DNA from: Candidatus Rariloculaceae bacterium
GTDB taxonomy: Bacteria; Pseudomonadota; Gammaproteobacteria; Steroidobacterales; Rariloculaceae
Assembly: GCA_965204155.1 (NCBI GenBank)
Contig: OZ241971.1
Span: 2,304,100 to 2,368,099 of the forward strand
Length of the DNA stretch: 64,000 bases
Direction: 5' to 3'
The notes below the pieces were generated by a model. That model searched no databases. It was not told the origin of the DNA and saw only the letters and a program-made list of their open reading frames with translations. A program made the translations under genes and the position numbers. Positions 44,963 to 55,089 of this stretch are shown here, in pieces. Every line of letters starts with the position of its first letter. Within the stretch, counting starts at the first letter, position 1.

Positions 44963-45203
44963 CTCGACGGGCTTTCTCTTTGAAACCGTCGAGCAATTCC
45001 TCCGGCGTCCCGGTTACCCAACCACGTTCTTCGACGGAGCGTTCGGCAGACTTCAGCCGGGTTCGGATTGCTTCTGTCTCCCGCGTCTTGCGGATCAGGT
45101 CGTTGAGTACTTCGCTACGGTTGGAAAACTGCTTTCCGTCAATCTGGGCTTGAATCCACCTCTCGTTCGGTTCGCTGAGCGACAGGTCTACCCGTTCGTC
45201 CAT
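44949..45203 (-). CDS. parD: ParD/CopG-type RHH antitoxin, orphan (no parE)
   Basis: MDERVDLSLSEPNERWIQAQIDGKQFSNRSEVLNDLIRKTRETEAIRTRL matches the ParD pattern (..G.Y.S.SEV.R..LR.L...E). ATG 45203 is preceded by AAGGAA. Confidence 0.6.
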   Translation of the reverse strand: MDERVDLSLSEPNERWIQAQIDGKQFSNRSEVLNDLIRKTRETEAIRTRLKSAERSVEERGWVTGTPEELLDGFKEKARRDGQQ

Positions 45204-45311
45204 TTCCTTTGTCTCTCGTAGATCATTGCCGAGTGTGTTCGATTTTACATCCTCATTCACTAGTGACACTCGGATTGCCAAACGGTCGCAAAGTTGAATT
45301 CAGCGGGCGCC

Positions 45312-45645
45312 CGGCACGCATTCCGGAATCAGTCGGATCCCGGTCCGCGCAGTCTTTCCGACTGGCGCACGGGGTACCCCGGTTCCACCCGGAAACCCGA
45401 TGATTGCTTGCTCCCGGTACTTGATGGCGTGGCCATGAACGGACCTTTTTCGATAGGGATATCCGCAAGCAAAACGTAACCGGCAGTCGTCCGGAACCGT
45501 CCGATTCGAGCACCGAAAGGCCGTTCGGGCTCCGGCGCAGACCCCAACCAATGGAGTTTTTTCTCAGTTTTAACAAACAGTTAGTGGCGCTCCTCATTCG
45601 CCTCGTTGCCATATCCATAACCGCACATCACCCGGCGGTCTCCTG
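45312..45645 (+). promoter_or_regulatory. Conserved non-coding leader upstream of TAA3 (copy 2 of 3)
   Basis: See 39669-40000. Confidence 0.65.
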
Positions 45646-48447
45646 ATGAATAGGGGAACGCTCATGGTTCTTAAACGATTGATAGTAACGGCGCTGGGTG
45701 CGCTTGGATTGGGCGCGCTGGCGTCAGGACCTGTGTTTGCCCAGCAGGGTCAGATTCCGGGACCGAAGTTGTATGGCGACATTTCCTCCTGCGCCGGTGG
45801 GATGTTGCCATCCGCTTCTACCGAGGAGGTGGCAAATATGTCCCTTTTGGGGATGGGCGGTCTTCTGGATCAAGCGTTTGATAGCAGTACTGCCAATGGC
45901 ATCCAAATGGATTACACGCAGGATGCCGCTCAGATTGTCCACGGTACGGATACAACCGTCACCGGTTATGACAGCGATCTTCTGGCGTTGCTCGATCTCA
46001 CCGGCACCGGCATCGATTGCGGCAATCCAGTCGCCAGCAATGTCGATGATGCTCGCCAGATTTACGCCGACTACGTTAGCGCCAAGAGAGCGTTTGAGGC
46101 GTTGGAAGAGCCGGACGCGGACGATAGAGCCACATACAATGCTGCACGAATGAAGAAGGACGACTTCGACGGAGATGTCTTTACCACGGCCTACGACCAG
46201 CAGGCAAGGCTCAACGCAGCCAACAAGGCCATTAGAGACTACAACAAGTTGGCTGGTTCAATGGGTACCCTGGCCACGCTGAAGACCAACCAAGGCAGCG
46301 CCGGCGGGTACGATGCGATCAGTGTCAATGTCACAGAGTCGGGTGGCGCATTATCGGGCCGCATCACAGCTGCCGTTCCTACTGGTGATGACGGTAATGC
46401 TCTGACTGGAGATGATCTGGCCGCCGCTCTCGCCGCCCGGGTGGCCCAAGTCTACGGCAGCGGCAATACAGCGGGATTCCGGGCGCTTGCAAGTAGCGGC
46501 GCTGCTCTCGTCGCGACTGACGGTACCATTAGCGATACCTTTGATGGCGCATTCAATGCTGCCGGCGCGATTCAGTATGCCGTGCCTGACCGCCAGGCTG
46601 GCGCAACCACCACCACACTCGCCAGAGCCTCCTCGTCCATTAACACGTTTGGCGCAATCACCACTGAACTGCAAAGGTGGCAGACAGCGGTGGACGCCGC
46701 ACAAAAGATGGTGGATGCCGCAAAAAAGGCGGGGAACCTCGATACGCGTGCGGAGGAAGAGACCCTGAGACGGGCGACACTAGGCCGCGATCACGTCCAG
46801 GACGAACTCGATCGCCTCACGAGAGTCGTGCGGTCGCAGAACCTTGAAATTCTTGAAGCCAATCGAGTCACGATCTCAACGGATCCCGACACAACCGATG
46901 ACGATGTCGTGTACGACAAGGAACGTGACTTGGTGGATGCATACTTGAGCGCCCGGGGCAACGTCGTGGCTGCGGCAGGCAAAGTCCGTTCCGCCGTCAC
47001 CAACCTGGACAACGCCAACAGGGCATTGCAGTCGAAACTGAAGGATCCGGACAGTTACCTCAATCAGTTGGTGACGTTGCGCCAGTACCAGCAGGCGGCA
47101 GCCATGGCTGCGCAGGAAGAGGCTGGCGGAGACGACGCGCTGCAGTCCTTCAAGGACGCGGTGACGGACGCCGGCAAGGCTTTGGCGGCGGCCAGGGAAC
47201 AGCGAATGGCCCATCAGGACCTGACGGCGAATCCGGAAAGCACGACTAGCAAGTTGCTCAATGCGCTGTTGGAGCCGGAAATGGTCGGCGGCAATGACAA
47301 TCCCGCGGACGATGACGGTCAGGCGCTGCTGAATGCGATTTCCAGCGTGGACTCCGATGTCAGCGCCCTGAAGGGCCAGCTCACCGACGCGGAAGGCAAT
47401 CCGATCGATCTGTCGAATCTTGGCAATGCGGACGAGATCATGGCGCTGACGACCGATGTCTCCACCAACACGACGGACATTGAAGGACTCGACGGTCGGG
47501 TGGCGGCGAACGAGGGAGACATCGACCAGATCAACATGGATCTGGACCAGATCAACACGGATCTCTACGGCACGACCTCGTCGCAGCATGCCGATGCGTC
47601 GGCCTGCGCGGACGGCGCCGGCGGCCTGGTGAACATCGCCAACTGCGCCGACGCACGCAGCCGGCACAACGAGGAAGACATCGCCGACCTGGGTGGCGAT
47701 ATCGAGGCTCTCGACGGCCGGGTAGGCGACAACGAGGATGCCATCGCGGCCAACACCAAGGCAATCGAGTCCAATGACATGGACATCGCGGCCAACACCG
47801 CGGCGATCGAGTCCAACGACATGGATATCGCGGCCAACACCATGGCGATCGAGTCCAACGACATGGACATCGCGGCCAACACCGCGGCGATCGAGTCCAA
47901 CGACATGGATATCGCAGCCAACACCATGGCGATCGAGTCCAACGACATGGACATCGCGATGAACGCCGAAGGCATCATGACCAATGCCGGTAACATCATG
48001 ACCAATGCCGAAGCCATCGTGGCGGAAGCGTCGGAGAGAATGGGTGCCGACATGATGCTGGCCGGTGCGATCGAGGAGGCGGTGGCGGCCGGAGCCGCAG
48101 CCGACATGGCGCTGAGCGGACGGATCGGTTCGAATGCCGATGCCATCGCCGCCAACATGAACTCGATCGGTCAGAACGCGAGCGCGATCAGCGACAACCG
48201 CAACATGATCGGCGAGCTGAGCGACGACCTGGACGTGGTCCGGGCCGGTGTGGCCGCCTCCATGGCCCTGGCGGGAATGCCGGCGGTCAACGGTCGCGGC
48301 ATCGCCATCGGCGTGGGCTCGTTCGACGGTGAGTCCGCCTTTGCGGTGGGCTTCCAGATCCAGGGCGAGCAGGCCTCGTTCAAGGTTGGCGTGACGAGCA
48401 GCGGCGGGGCGACGGGCGCCTCCGCAGGCGTGGGCTTCAACTTCTAG
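45646..48447 (+). CDS. Trimeric autotransporter adhesin-like protein TAA3 (head type B-prime, stalk type 1, YadA-like anchor)
   Basis: Signal peptide MNRGTLMVLKRLIVTALGALGLGALASGPVFA. The N-terminal 600 aa are related to TAA2. The C-terminal ~330 aa are nearly identical to TAA1 and TAA2. Confidence 0.85.
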   Translation: MNRGTLMVLKRLIVTALGALGLGALASGPVFAQQGQIPGPKLYGDISSCAGGMLPSASTEEVANMSLLGMGGLLDQAFDSSTANGIQMDYTQDAAQIVHGTDTTVTGYDSDLLALLDLTGTGIDCGNPVASNVDDARQIYADYVSAKRAFEALEEPDADDRATYNAARMKKDDFDGDVFTTAYDQQARLNAANKAIRDYNKLAGSMGTLATLKTNQGSAGGYDAISVNVTESGGALSGRITAAVPTGDDGNALTGDDLAAALAARVAQVYGSGNTAGFRALASSGAALVATDGTISDTFDGAFNAAGAIQYAVPDRQAGATTTTLARASSSINTFGAITTELQRWQTAVDAAQKMVDAAKKAGNLDTRAEEETLRRATLGRDHVQDELDRLTRVVRSQNLEILEANRVTISTDPDTTDDDVVYDKERDLVDAYLSARGNVVAAAGKVRSAVTNLDNANRALQSKLKDPDSYLNQLVTLRQYQQAAAMAAQEEAGGDDALQSFKDAVTDAGKALAAAREQRMAHQDLTANPESTTSKLLNALLEPEMVGGNDNPADDDGQALLNAISSVDSDVSALKGQLTDAEGNPIDLSNLGNADEIMALTTDVSTNTTDIEGLDGRVAANEGDIDQINMDLDQINTDLYGTTSSQHADASACADGAGGLVNIANCADARSRHNEEDIADLGGDIEALDGRVGDNEDAIAANTKAIESNDMDIAANTAAIESNDMDIAANTMAIESNDMDIAANTAAIESNDMDIAANTMAIESNDMDIAMNAEGIMTNAGNIMTNAEAIVAEASERMGADMMLAGAIEEAVAAGAAADMALSGRIGSNADAIAANMNSIGQNASAISDNRNMIGELSDDLDVVRAGVAASMALAGMPAVNGRGIAIGVGSFDGESAFAVGFQIQGEQASFKVGVTSSGGATGASAGVGFNF
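47743..47955 (+). repeat. Five in-frame 42-nt tandem repeats in the TAA3 stalk
   Basis: Read directly. Confidence 0.85.
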
Positions 48448-48473
48448 CCCGACACTCGCAAGTCCCAAAACAA

Positions 48474-48507
48474 GCCGGCGGTCCGAGCAATCGGGCCGCC
48501 GGTTTCC
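48474..48507 (+). terminator. Intrinsic terminator hairpin, copy 4 of 5
   Basis: gccggcggtcc-gagcaatc-gggccgccggt followed by ttcctt. Confidence 0.6.
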
Positions 48508-48517
48508 TTATGTGCCT

Positions 48518-48584
48518 ACTTTCTGGCCAAATCGCCCGGATTCGAAGCGTTGCCGGCGGTCCGGGGCAGGGTTAGGATGGCCTC
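48518..48584 (+). repeat. Portable promoter/5-prime-UTR module, copy d (proximal 67 nt only, plus-strand orientation)
   Basis: ctttctggccaaatcgcccggattcg...ggttaggatggcctcATGTCCG matches the ATG-proximal half of 37488-37620. It abuts the TAA3 terminator. Confidence 0.55.
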
Positions 48585-48612
48585 ATGTCCGCGGCAGAGG
48601 AGATACCGTCTG

Positions 48613-48816
48613 ATGGCCACGAAAGCCAACCGATCTGGCAGAGAACAGAGAGCGATCGAGAACCTCGCCTCGGCTCTACAGGAGTGCTTTAGTGTTGCCA
48701 GAGAGCAGTCTGAAGCCAGAATTGACGAGAAAATGGGCAAGCAGAACGAAACCCTGCGCCTCATCTGGCGTCAAGTAGGCGGTAGCCGCACAAAGCATCT
48801 CCCAATAGACGACTGA
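48613..48816 (+). CDS. Hypothetical small helical protein
   Basis: 67-aa ORF (MATKANRSGREQRAIENLASALQECFSVAREQSEARIDEKMGKQNETLRLIWRQVGG...) downstream of module copy d, but out of frame with the module ATG at 48585. Confidence 0.3.
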   Translation: MATKANRSGREQRAIENLASALQECFSVAREQSEARIDEKMGKQNETLRLIWRQVGGSRTKHLPIDD

Positions 48817-48856
48817 GACATTTTTCTTGCCGCAGCAGCGTCGGGGGTCCGACGCG

Positions 48857-49354
48857 TCAGAGATCAAGCGTCTTTCGCGCTGCCGACAAGGGTAGAGCCA
48901 GAACAAGAGGATCGAGCGGCGAGGGCATGAAACCCAGGTGCCGATAGAATTTGGCGGCTTCCTCATCGAGCGCATGCACGAGCAAGGCTCTGACTCCAAC
49001 GATTTCCGCCGCCTTCATGGTGCGTAGAATCGCATCGCGCATCAGCGCGCGCGCCATTCCCTGGCCCTGATGAGTCCTGTCAACCGCCAATCGCCCAACC
49101 AGCATGACGGGAATCGGGTCGGGCATGTTTCGGCGAACTCTTCCGGGCGAGTCCTTGCGCGCCACCGAACCGGTGCTGAGGCAATAGTAAGCGACCACCA
49201 CGCCGCGGTCGCAAACGACATAGGTCCGTGAACCGCCCTCGCGTTCGTTTTTCAGGGCGTGCGAGATCAACCATGCATCGAGCGTCGGCTGCCCGCTGTG
49301 GAAACCATCCAGCACATGATCTGCTGCGAGCGGCTCAGGCCCGGTCAGCTCCAT
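48857..49354 (-). CDS. tacT: GNAT-family acetyltransferase toxin (TacT-like)
   Basis: 165 aa. LDGFHSGQPTLDAWL, acetyl-CoA motif VDRTHQGQGMARALMRDAI, C-terminal KFYRHLGF. Sits directly downstream of a DUF1778 antitoxin. Confidence 0.85.
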   Translation of the reverse strand: MELTGPEPLAADHVLDGFHSGQPTLDAWLISHALKNEREGGSRTYVVCDRGVVVAYYCLSTGSVARKDSPGRVRRNMPDPIPVMLVGRLAVDRTHQGQGMARALMRDAILRTMKAAEIVGVRALLVHALDEEAAKFYRHLGFMPSPLDPLVLALPLSAARKTLDL

Positions 49355-49364
49355 GTCCCGGTGC

Positions 49365-49643
49365 TCAGGCCTCCCAGGGCGGGGAGGCGGTCAGTGTCTT
49401 GCGCAGGTTGTCGCCGGACTCGACCGGCGAATCGAGCATGGCCTTGAACGCATTGAATCTCGTCTCGTCCACGTTGAACAGGCGCTGATCCAGCAGCACG
49501 CGCTCGGCCGCTTCGCGCATGGTATCGAGCACAAATTCAGTACGCGACTTGCCCAGGCGGCTGGCCGCGCGATCGATCAGCGCCTTCTGGTCCGGCGAAG
49601 CGCGCAGATGAATGGTTTGCGTATGTAAGGTCCGTTGATGCAT
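49365..49643 (-). CDS. tacA: DUF1778 RHH antitoxin (TacA-like)
   Basis: 92 aa: IHLRASPDQKALIDRAASRLGKSRTEFVLDTMREAAERVLLDQRLFNVDETRFNAFKAMLDSP. ATG at 49643. Confidence 0.8.
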   Translation of the reverse strand: MHQRTLHTQTIHLRASPDQKALIDRAASRLGKSRTEFVLDTMREAAERVLLDQRLFNVDETRFNAFKAMLDSPVESGDNLRKTLTASPPWEA

Positions 49644-49771
49644 GGCTACGGTGTCAGTGTGATGCTGATGTGTATACACTCCATTGATCAGGCTGTCAAC
49701 GAAACTAACATTTTCTCCGCGAAAGCATTCTACGAGAAGTTCGGTTTCGTTGCGCTGCCGGTTTTTGCAAG

Positions 49772-51529
49772 TCAGCCGACAGTGACGGCCTCGGTGCCCA
49801 CCAGCTCCCATCCGTGGAACACCAGCGCAAGTCCAATGAATGCCACGCCCGGAAACTGCCGCCCGAGGCGCTCTTCGGTGAGGTAGCGCCGCAACTGCCC
49901 GGCGGCCTCGCCCCTCAGCGCCTCCAGCCGCGCCCCGTTCGCCGGCTCGCCCCGCTTCAGGTACTTGAGCTCGATCAGGTATCCGTGGCGCGTGTCCGGG
50001 TACCGCGCCAGGTCCGGCTCCAGGGACAGGTCCGCATAGCCCTTGCCGTATTCGGCCTCGGAACGGAACACGAACCGCTCGCCCAGGCTCAGGTACGCCG
50101 CCAGGAACCCCTGCAACACCTTCTCCCCCGCGATGTAGTCCCGGATGCCGGTGAAACGCGCGATGCGCCCGGTGATCGTCTCGAACACCGGCGCCCACTC
50201 CCCCCGCAGGGCCATTGCCTTCAACAGCGGCCCCAACTCGAATGCACCCAGCGAAAACAGATCCATATCCTCGTACGCGTCGCGCAGGAAACCGTACAGC
50301 AGGTGCCGTACCGTCCGGTTCGGGATGCCCAGCGCGGTTTCCTCGCCCACCGCCCCGCGGATGCTCAACAGCCCGAAGAAGTGCAGCAGCGTGAGGAAGT
50401 TGTCGCGCTTGGCCAGGCGCTCCAGCGGGAAGCTGGGCTGCAGCCGGACCTCGGCCCGCTCCTCCCCGGCCAAGTGCCTCAAAAGGTCGAAGTTGCCGTT
50501 CAACTGCTTGCCCACCACCAGCAGGTGGCGCAGTTTGGTGTAGTCGATGCGCACATTGACGTCGATCAGGTCGTCCGGCATCGTTCCCTGCCGGACGGAT
50601 TGCTTCAGGTAATAGAGCACCATGTCGGTGTTGTACAGGGTAGTTTGCGAGGCCCGCGCGAACCGGTAGCCGTCGTACCACTCCCTCATGATGTCCAGCG
50701 CCTCGTCCACGTCCTGGGCGAACGCGCCCACGTCGCGATAGCGCTCCAGCACGCCGCGCACCTCCGCCTCGGTGAAGCCCGCCATCTCGTTGAAGTGGGA
50801 ATCGAGACTGATGTTGTCGCCGATGTTGAAGCCGCTGGTGACGTCGTCCAGCGTGATCGGCGAGACTCCGGTGACGAACAGCCGCCGCAGCGCGCCCTGT
50901 TCGGTTCCCGCTTTCAGCGTGGCGAAAAAATTGCGGTAGAAGCCCCCGCCGTGGGTAAACGTCCGGTACGCCTCTTCGCCCTGTTCGGCCAGGATGGTAT
51001 TGGCGAAGTTGTCGTACTCGTCGATCAGCCCGTACAGGCGAATCCCCCGGCGCCGGGCGAACGCGAACAGCTCCGCCAACTTGCCGTTCACCGACGGCGC
51101 CGCGAGGATCGCCGCGCCGTCGGCCTCCGGAAACAGCTCCGGGTGACACGCCAGAACGTCCCGGAGCACCGTGTGGCAATAGCCTTCGAATTCTCGCTCC
51201 AGGGTGGCGGGCGCAATCTTGAAGGCGGAGAAATTGAATCTCAGCACCACGAAGCTGTTGCGTTCCCCGGTCGGATCGGAACCGATGTCGGTGCCGGCGA
51301 ACAGGGCGTCGAATTCATCGGAGAAGCGCCGGTCGTAGTAGTGCTCCAGCAGCGATATCCAGCAGGACTTTCCGAAACGGCGCGGGCGAATGAACACGGC
51401 AAAATCCACTTCCTCGAGCGGGCGCACGAAGCGGGTCTTGTCCACGTACAGATAGCCCTCGCGGCGGATACGGCGAAAGTCGGCCAAACCGTAGGGGATG
51501 CGGGGGTAATCGGCCATGCGGGCAAGCAT
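49772..51529 (-). CDS. AAA-ATPase-like / PD-(D/E)XK nuclease (PDDEXK_9-type) protein, paralog 2
   Basis: 585 aa, same length as paralog 1. Residues ~165-585 are almost identical to it; residues 1-165 are clearly diverged. Confidence 0.8.
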   Translation of the reverse strand: MLARMADYPRIPYGLADFRRIRREGYLYVDKTRFVRPLEEVDFAVFIRPRRFGKSCWISLLEHYYDRRFSDEFDALFAGTDIGSDPTGERNSFVVLRFNFSAFKIAPATLEREFEGYCHTVLRDVLACHPELFPEADGAAILAAPSVNGKLAELFAFARRRGIRLYGLIDEYDNFANTILAEQGEEAYRTFTHGGGFYRNFFATLKAGTEQGALRRLFVTGVSPITLDDVTSGFNIGDNISLDSHFNEMAGFTEAEVRGVLERYRDVGAFAQDVDEALDIMREWYDGYRFARASQTTLYNTDMVLYYLKQSVRQGTMPDDLIDVNVRIDYTKLRHLLVVGKQLNGNFDLLRHLAGEERAEVRLQPSFPLERLAKRDNFLTLLHFFGLLSIRGAVGEETALGIPNRTVRHLLYGFLRDAYEDMDLFSLGAFELGPLLKAMALRGEWAPVFETITGRIARFTGIRDYIAGEKVLQGFLAAYLSLGERFVFRSEAEYGKGYADLSLEPDLARYPDTRHGYLIELKYLKRGEPANGARLEALRGEAAGQLRRYLTEERLGRQFPGVAFIGLALVFHGWELVGTEAVTVG

Positions 51530-51580
51530 AACAAAGCGGCGTGCCGGGCGAAGCCGGAAAGTAACGAAGCGGGGGACGCG

Positions 51581-51685
51581 GACTGTTTGATCACGGGCGA
51601 TCGCGACCTATTGGTCATGTCGCCGTTTCGCGGCATTCCTATCTTGACTTCAGCCGAATTCCTGTTTTTCGTCGCTGCATCGTGA
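51581..51685 (+). pseudogene. C-terminal fragment of a PIN-domain (PIN_3-like) toxin
   Basis: DCLITGDRDLLVMSPFRGIPILTSAEFL resembles the conserved C-terminus of PIN_3 toxins. No N-terminal part is present. Confidence 0.4.
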
Positions 51686-51709
51686 TGATTGCCGCCGGAA
51701 GCGTTCGCC

Positions 51710-52045
51710 CCGGCACGCATTCCGGAATCAGTCGGGTCCCGGTTCGCGCAGTCTTGCCGTCCGGCGCGCGGGATACCCCGGTTCCACCCGGAAACCCGAT
51801 GATTGCTTGCTCCCGGTACTTGATGGCGTGGCCATGAACGGACCTTTTTCGATAGGGATATCCGCAAGCAATTCGTAACCGCCGATCGTCCGGAACCTTC
51901 CGATTCGAGCACCGAAACGCCGTTTGCATCCCGCTGCCGATCCCAATCAATGGAACATTTTTCTCCGTTATAACAAACAGTTACAGGCGTTCCTCAATTG
52001 CCTCGTTGATTTATCCATAACCGCACATCATCCGGCGGTCTCCTG
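51710..52045 (+). promoter_or_regulatory. Conserved non-coding leader upstream of TAA4 (copy 3 of 3)
   Basis: See 39669-40000. Confidence 0.65.
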
Positions 52046-55000
52046 ATGAATAGGGGAACGCTCATGATTCTGAAACGTATGCTGGCGGTAGCCTTGGGCG
52101 CGCTGGGGTTGGGTGCCTTGGCCTCCGGGCCTGCGTTCGGCCAGGCGCCCGGATCGAGCAACATTCCGGCGCCCAACGTCTTTGACGACCAGATCACGTG
52201 CACGCAGCTCCTGCCGAGCGTGATGGGGAATAATTTGCCGAGCACGGTGCCGATGGGCGGCATGACGAGCCCGCTGGACGACATCATCGGCATGGGCACC
52301 AACTTGCTTGAAGCCGGCGACACCGTCTTTGACGCTGTCACCGATGCCCCCGCGAAACTCGCTGGCCTCGGCTACGTGATTCCGGCCGACAACATGAACT
52401 GCGGCGCCGGCACGACGGGGCCGATGCTCGGTACCATGAACATCGACGCCGACACGAACGGCAGCTTCCTGGATGCCGGCGACACGATAGCCTGGGGTAG
52501 CATCCCGGAGGACGTGGCCGACGGTTACTCGGAATTGCTCACCAAGTTCGTGGCCGTCTACGGCAACCCCGGCGGCACGACCGGCGGCACGCTGAGGGCG
52601 CTGGAGGCCGCGCAGAAACTGGTGGACGGGACCGACACCAGCCTGGAGGCGCTGCTCGAGGCGCGGGTGAGGGCGCGCGACGCCGCCCAGGAGGCGCACA
52701 ACAAGGCCCTGGCCTCGTTCAACGCCGCCTCCAGGGGCCCGATCTACCAGGCCGGCGTGACGGAGTGGAAGGCGAAGGCCGCGGTAACGAAGGGCATCGA
52801 CGACTACAACAAGCAGGTCACCAAGACCAACGAAGTGAAGACGGCCCTGGACGCCATGCAGTATTCGAATTGGGAAGTCGGAGACGAGGCCGCCAATTTC
52901 GCGGTGACGCAGGGGACTTCCAAGTACGTGCCGCTCACGAACACCTCACTCGTCGGCACGGTGGTCACGATCGACGCCATGGGCATGGGGACCCTTGGTG
53001 CTCTCACCGCACTCGAGACTTACACCGGCGGGACCTCGGCCGCCCCCGTGGCCGGGACGGCGGCGATGGCCGCGACGGGAGTCGGGACCGCGGACGCGAT
53101 GGCTGCAACGTCCTCCGACAGCTCCACCAGCAACTTCACCACGCTGGGCGAACTGATCGTGCCGATGACTGCGTCGGATCTCGACGACGATGGCGCGAGC
53201 TTCCTGGAAGCACTGGTACCCACGGTCACTGCTACTAACGCCGCCGGCACCAACGACATTGCCACCATCCGAACGACAGTCGAGAACGTCAGGATTGCCG
53301 CGGCGACGCTGAAGAAGGCCAGGGACGAGAACACGAACCCTCGGTTCCAGGACCTCTACGACGAAGCCTATCGGCGGGCCAATCTGGAGCAGGAGTACTA
53401 CGACGCCCTGTGGTCCCGGGTGCTGGCCGACAACACGGATACGCGTAACGCCCAGCAGAGGCTCCAGTACGTCGACACCAACACCAATGGCATTAACGAG
53501 GCCAGCGAGCAGACGACAGCCAACTTGAATAATGATAGTAATTCTGCCGCTGTTGCCGCCAACTACTATGTAGCGAACCCGGTCACGATCGCGTCGCGCA
53601 ACGCTGCCTACAGCACGGAGTCGGCCAATCGGATGAACGAGGAGTTATCCCTGAGGGGGCTGGTCGCGGCCCGGGAGGCGGCGACCAAGGGCGTTGTGGG
53701 GCAGTTCACCGACGCGCAGTCGTTCTACCAGCAGTTGGTCGACCGGCGCACGGCACTGAAGGCTGCCGCCGACAAGGCGGTAGCGGACGCCACGAACCCG
53801 TCCGCCGCGCAGACGAAGGCGGCGGCCGATGCCGCGAAGGCGTTGATGGCGGCGCAGGACGAAAAGACCAAGATCGACGCCCTGTTCCCCGCGGGGGATG
53901 ACAATCCGGTCGTGGGTCTGGTTTCCGAGCTGCTGAAGACCGGCGGCGACGACGGCCAGGCGCTGGTGGATGCGATCTCCGACACCTACGACGGTACGCA
54001 GGCCAACAAGGGCGCAATCGATGCGCTCAAGGGTCAGCTCACCGACGCGGAAGGCAATCCGATCGATCTAACGAATCTTGGCGATTCCGAAGCGGTCACG
54101 CAGAACACCAGCGACATCGAGACGCTCGACGGCCGGGTCACCACGAACGAGACCGACCTGGACCGAGCTTGGATGGACATTTACGGGACCGAGAGAGGTG
54201 TCGAAGCGCAGCACGAGGACTTGGCTGCCTGTGACGCTGCCGGTATCGCGAATGTCGCCAACTGCGCCAATGCCAGAAGCATCCACAATGCGGATCGCCT
54301 CGACGACGTGGATAGCGATATCGAGGGTCTCGACGGTCGGGTGGGCGACAACGAGGATGACATCGCGACGAACGCCGAGAACATCAAGACCAACACGGCC
54401 GATATCGCGACGAACGCCGAGAACATCAAGACCAACACGGACAACATCGCGACGAACGCCGAGGGCATCATGACCAACGCGGGCAACATCTCGATGAACG
54501 CCGAGGACATCATGACCAACTCGGGCAACATCGCAATGAACGCCGAGGACATCATGACCAACTCGGGCAACATCGCAATGAACGCCGAGGACATCATGAC
54601 CAACACGGGCAACATCTCGATGAACGCCGAGGACATCATGACCAATGCGGGCAACATCGCGACGAACGCCGAGGGCATCATGACCAACGCGGGCGACATC
54701 TCGATGAACGCCGAGGGCATCATGGCCAACGCGGGCAACATCTCGTCGAACAACGGTCGAATCGGCGCGAACGCCATGGCCATCAGCGGACTTGACACTA
54801 GGGTTGGCGCCAACACCGCAGACATCAATGGTTTGCAGGATCAGATGGAAGTGGTGCGCGCCGGTGTGGCCGCCTCCATGGCGCTGGCCGGCATGCCGGC
54901 GGTCAACGGCCGCGGCATCGCCATCGGCGTTGGCTCGTTCGACGGTGAGTCCGCCTTTGCAGTGGGCTTCCAGATCCAGGGCGAGCAGGCCTCGTTCAAG

Positions 55001-55063
55001 GTTGGCGTGACGAGCAGCGGTGGGGCGACGGGCGCCTCCGCGGGCGTGGGCTTCAACTTCTAG
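52046..55063 (+). CDS. Trimeric autotransporter adhesin-like protein TAA4 (head type A-prime, stalk type 2, YadA-like anchor)
   Basis: The N-terminal ~650 aa are about three-quarters identical to TAA1 by eye. Distinct stalk repeats (NAEDIMTNSGNIAM). The last ~75 aa are identical in type to the other anchors. Confidence 0.85.
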   Translation: MNRGTLMILKRMLAVALGALGLGALASGPAFGQAPGSSNIPAPNVFDDQITCTQLLPSVMGNNLPSTVPMGGMTSPLDDIIGMGTNLLEAGDTVFDAVTDAPAKLAGLGYVIPADNMNCGAGTTGPMLGTMNIDADTNGSFLDAGDTIAWGSIPEDVADGYSELLTKFVAVYGNPGGTTGGTLRALEAAQKLVDGTDTSLEALLEARVRARDAAQEAHNKALASFNAASRGPIYQAGVTEWKAKAAVTKGIDDYNKQVTKTNEVKTALDAMQYSNWEVGDEAANFAVTQGTSKYVPLTNTSLVGTVVTIDAMGMGTLGALTALETYTGGTSAAPVAGTAAMAATGVGTADAMAATSSDSSTSNFTTLGELIVPMTASDLDDDGASFLEALVPTVTATNAAGTNDIATIRTTVENVRIAAATLKKARDENTNPRFQDLYDEAYRRANLEQEYYDALWSRVLADNTDTRNAQQRLQYVDTNTNGINEASEQTTANLNNDSNSAAVAANYYVANPVTIASRNAAYSTESANRMNEELSLRGLVAAREAATKGVVGQFTDAQSFYQQLVDRRTALKAAADKAVADATNPSAAQTKAAADAAKALMAAQDEKTKIDALFPAGDDNPVVGLVSELLKTGGDDGQALVDAISDTYDGTQANKGAIDALKGQLTDAEGNPIDLTNLGDSEAVTQNTSDIETLDGRVTTNETDLDRAWMDIYGTERGVEAQHEDLAACDAAGIANVANCANARSIHNADRLDDVDSDIEGLDGRVGDNEDDIATNAENIKTNTADIATNAENIKTNTDNIATNAEGIMTNAGNISMNAEDIMTNSGNIAMNAEDIMTNSGNIAMNAEDIMTNTGNISMNAEDIMTNAGNIATNAEGIMTNAGDISMNAEGIMANAGNISSNNGRIGANAMAISGLDTRVGANTADINGLQDQMEVVRAGVAASMALAGMPAVNGRGIAIGVGSFDGESAFAVGFQIQGEQASFKVGVTSSGGATGASAGVGFNF
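54362..54785 (+). repeat. About ten in-frame 42-nt tandem repeats (xNAE[NGD]I[KM]TN[TAS][AGD][ND]I[AS]) in the TAA4 stalk
   Basis: Read directly; two adjacent units (MNAEDIMTNSGNIA) are identical. Confidence 0.8.
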
Positions 55064-55089
55064 CTCGACACTCGCAAGTCCCAAAACAA

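Noticed and set aside
45570-45600. A possible sigma54 promoter (TGGCGC-N-..TTCGC / CAGGCG..TTGCC) in the conserved leader.
   Set aside because: The GG-to-GC spacing is 12 nt, whereas the canonical sigma54 spacing is 10 nt, in all copies. There is no nearby enhancer-binding-protein gene.
37000-51700. The TA-rich islets as an integron cassette array.
   Set aside because: There is no intI gene or attI. I saw no attC-type imperfect inverted repeats with RYYYAAC/GTTRRRY cores at the gene boundaries. Gene orientations are mixed.
33017-54785. Regularly spaced 42-nt repeats that could superficially resemble a CRISPR array.
   Set aside because: The repeats are contiguous with no spacers. They are in frame and encode stalk heptad/14-mer motifs of the autotransporters.
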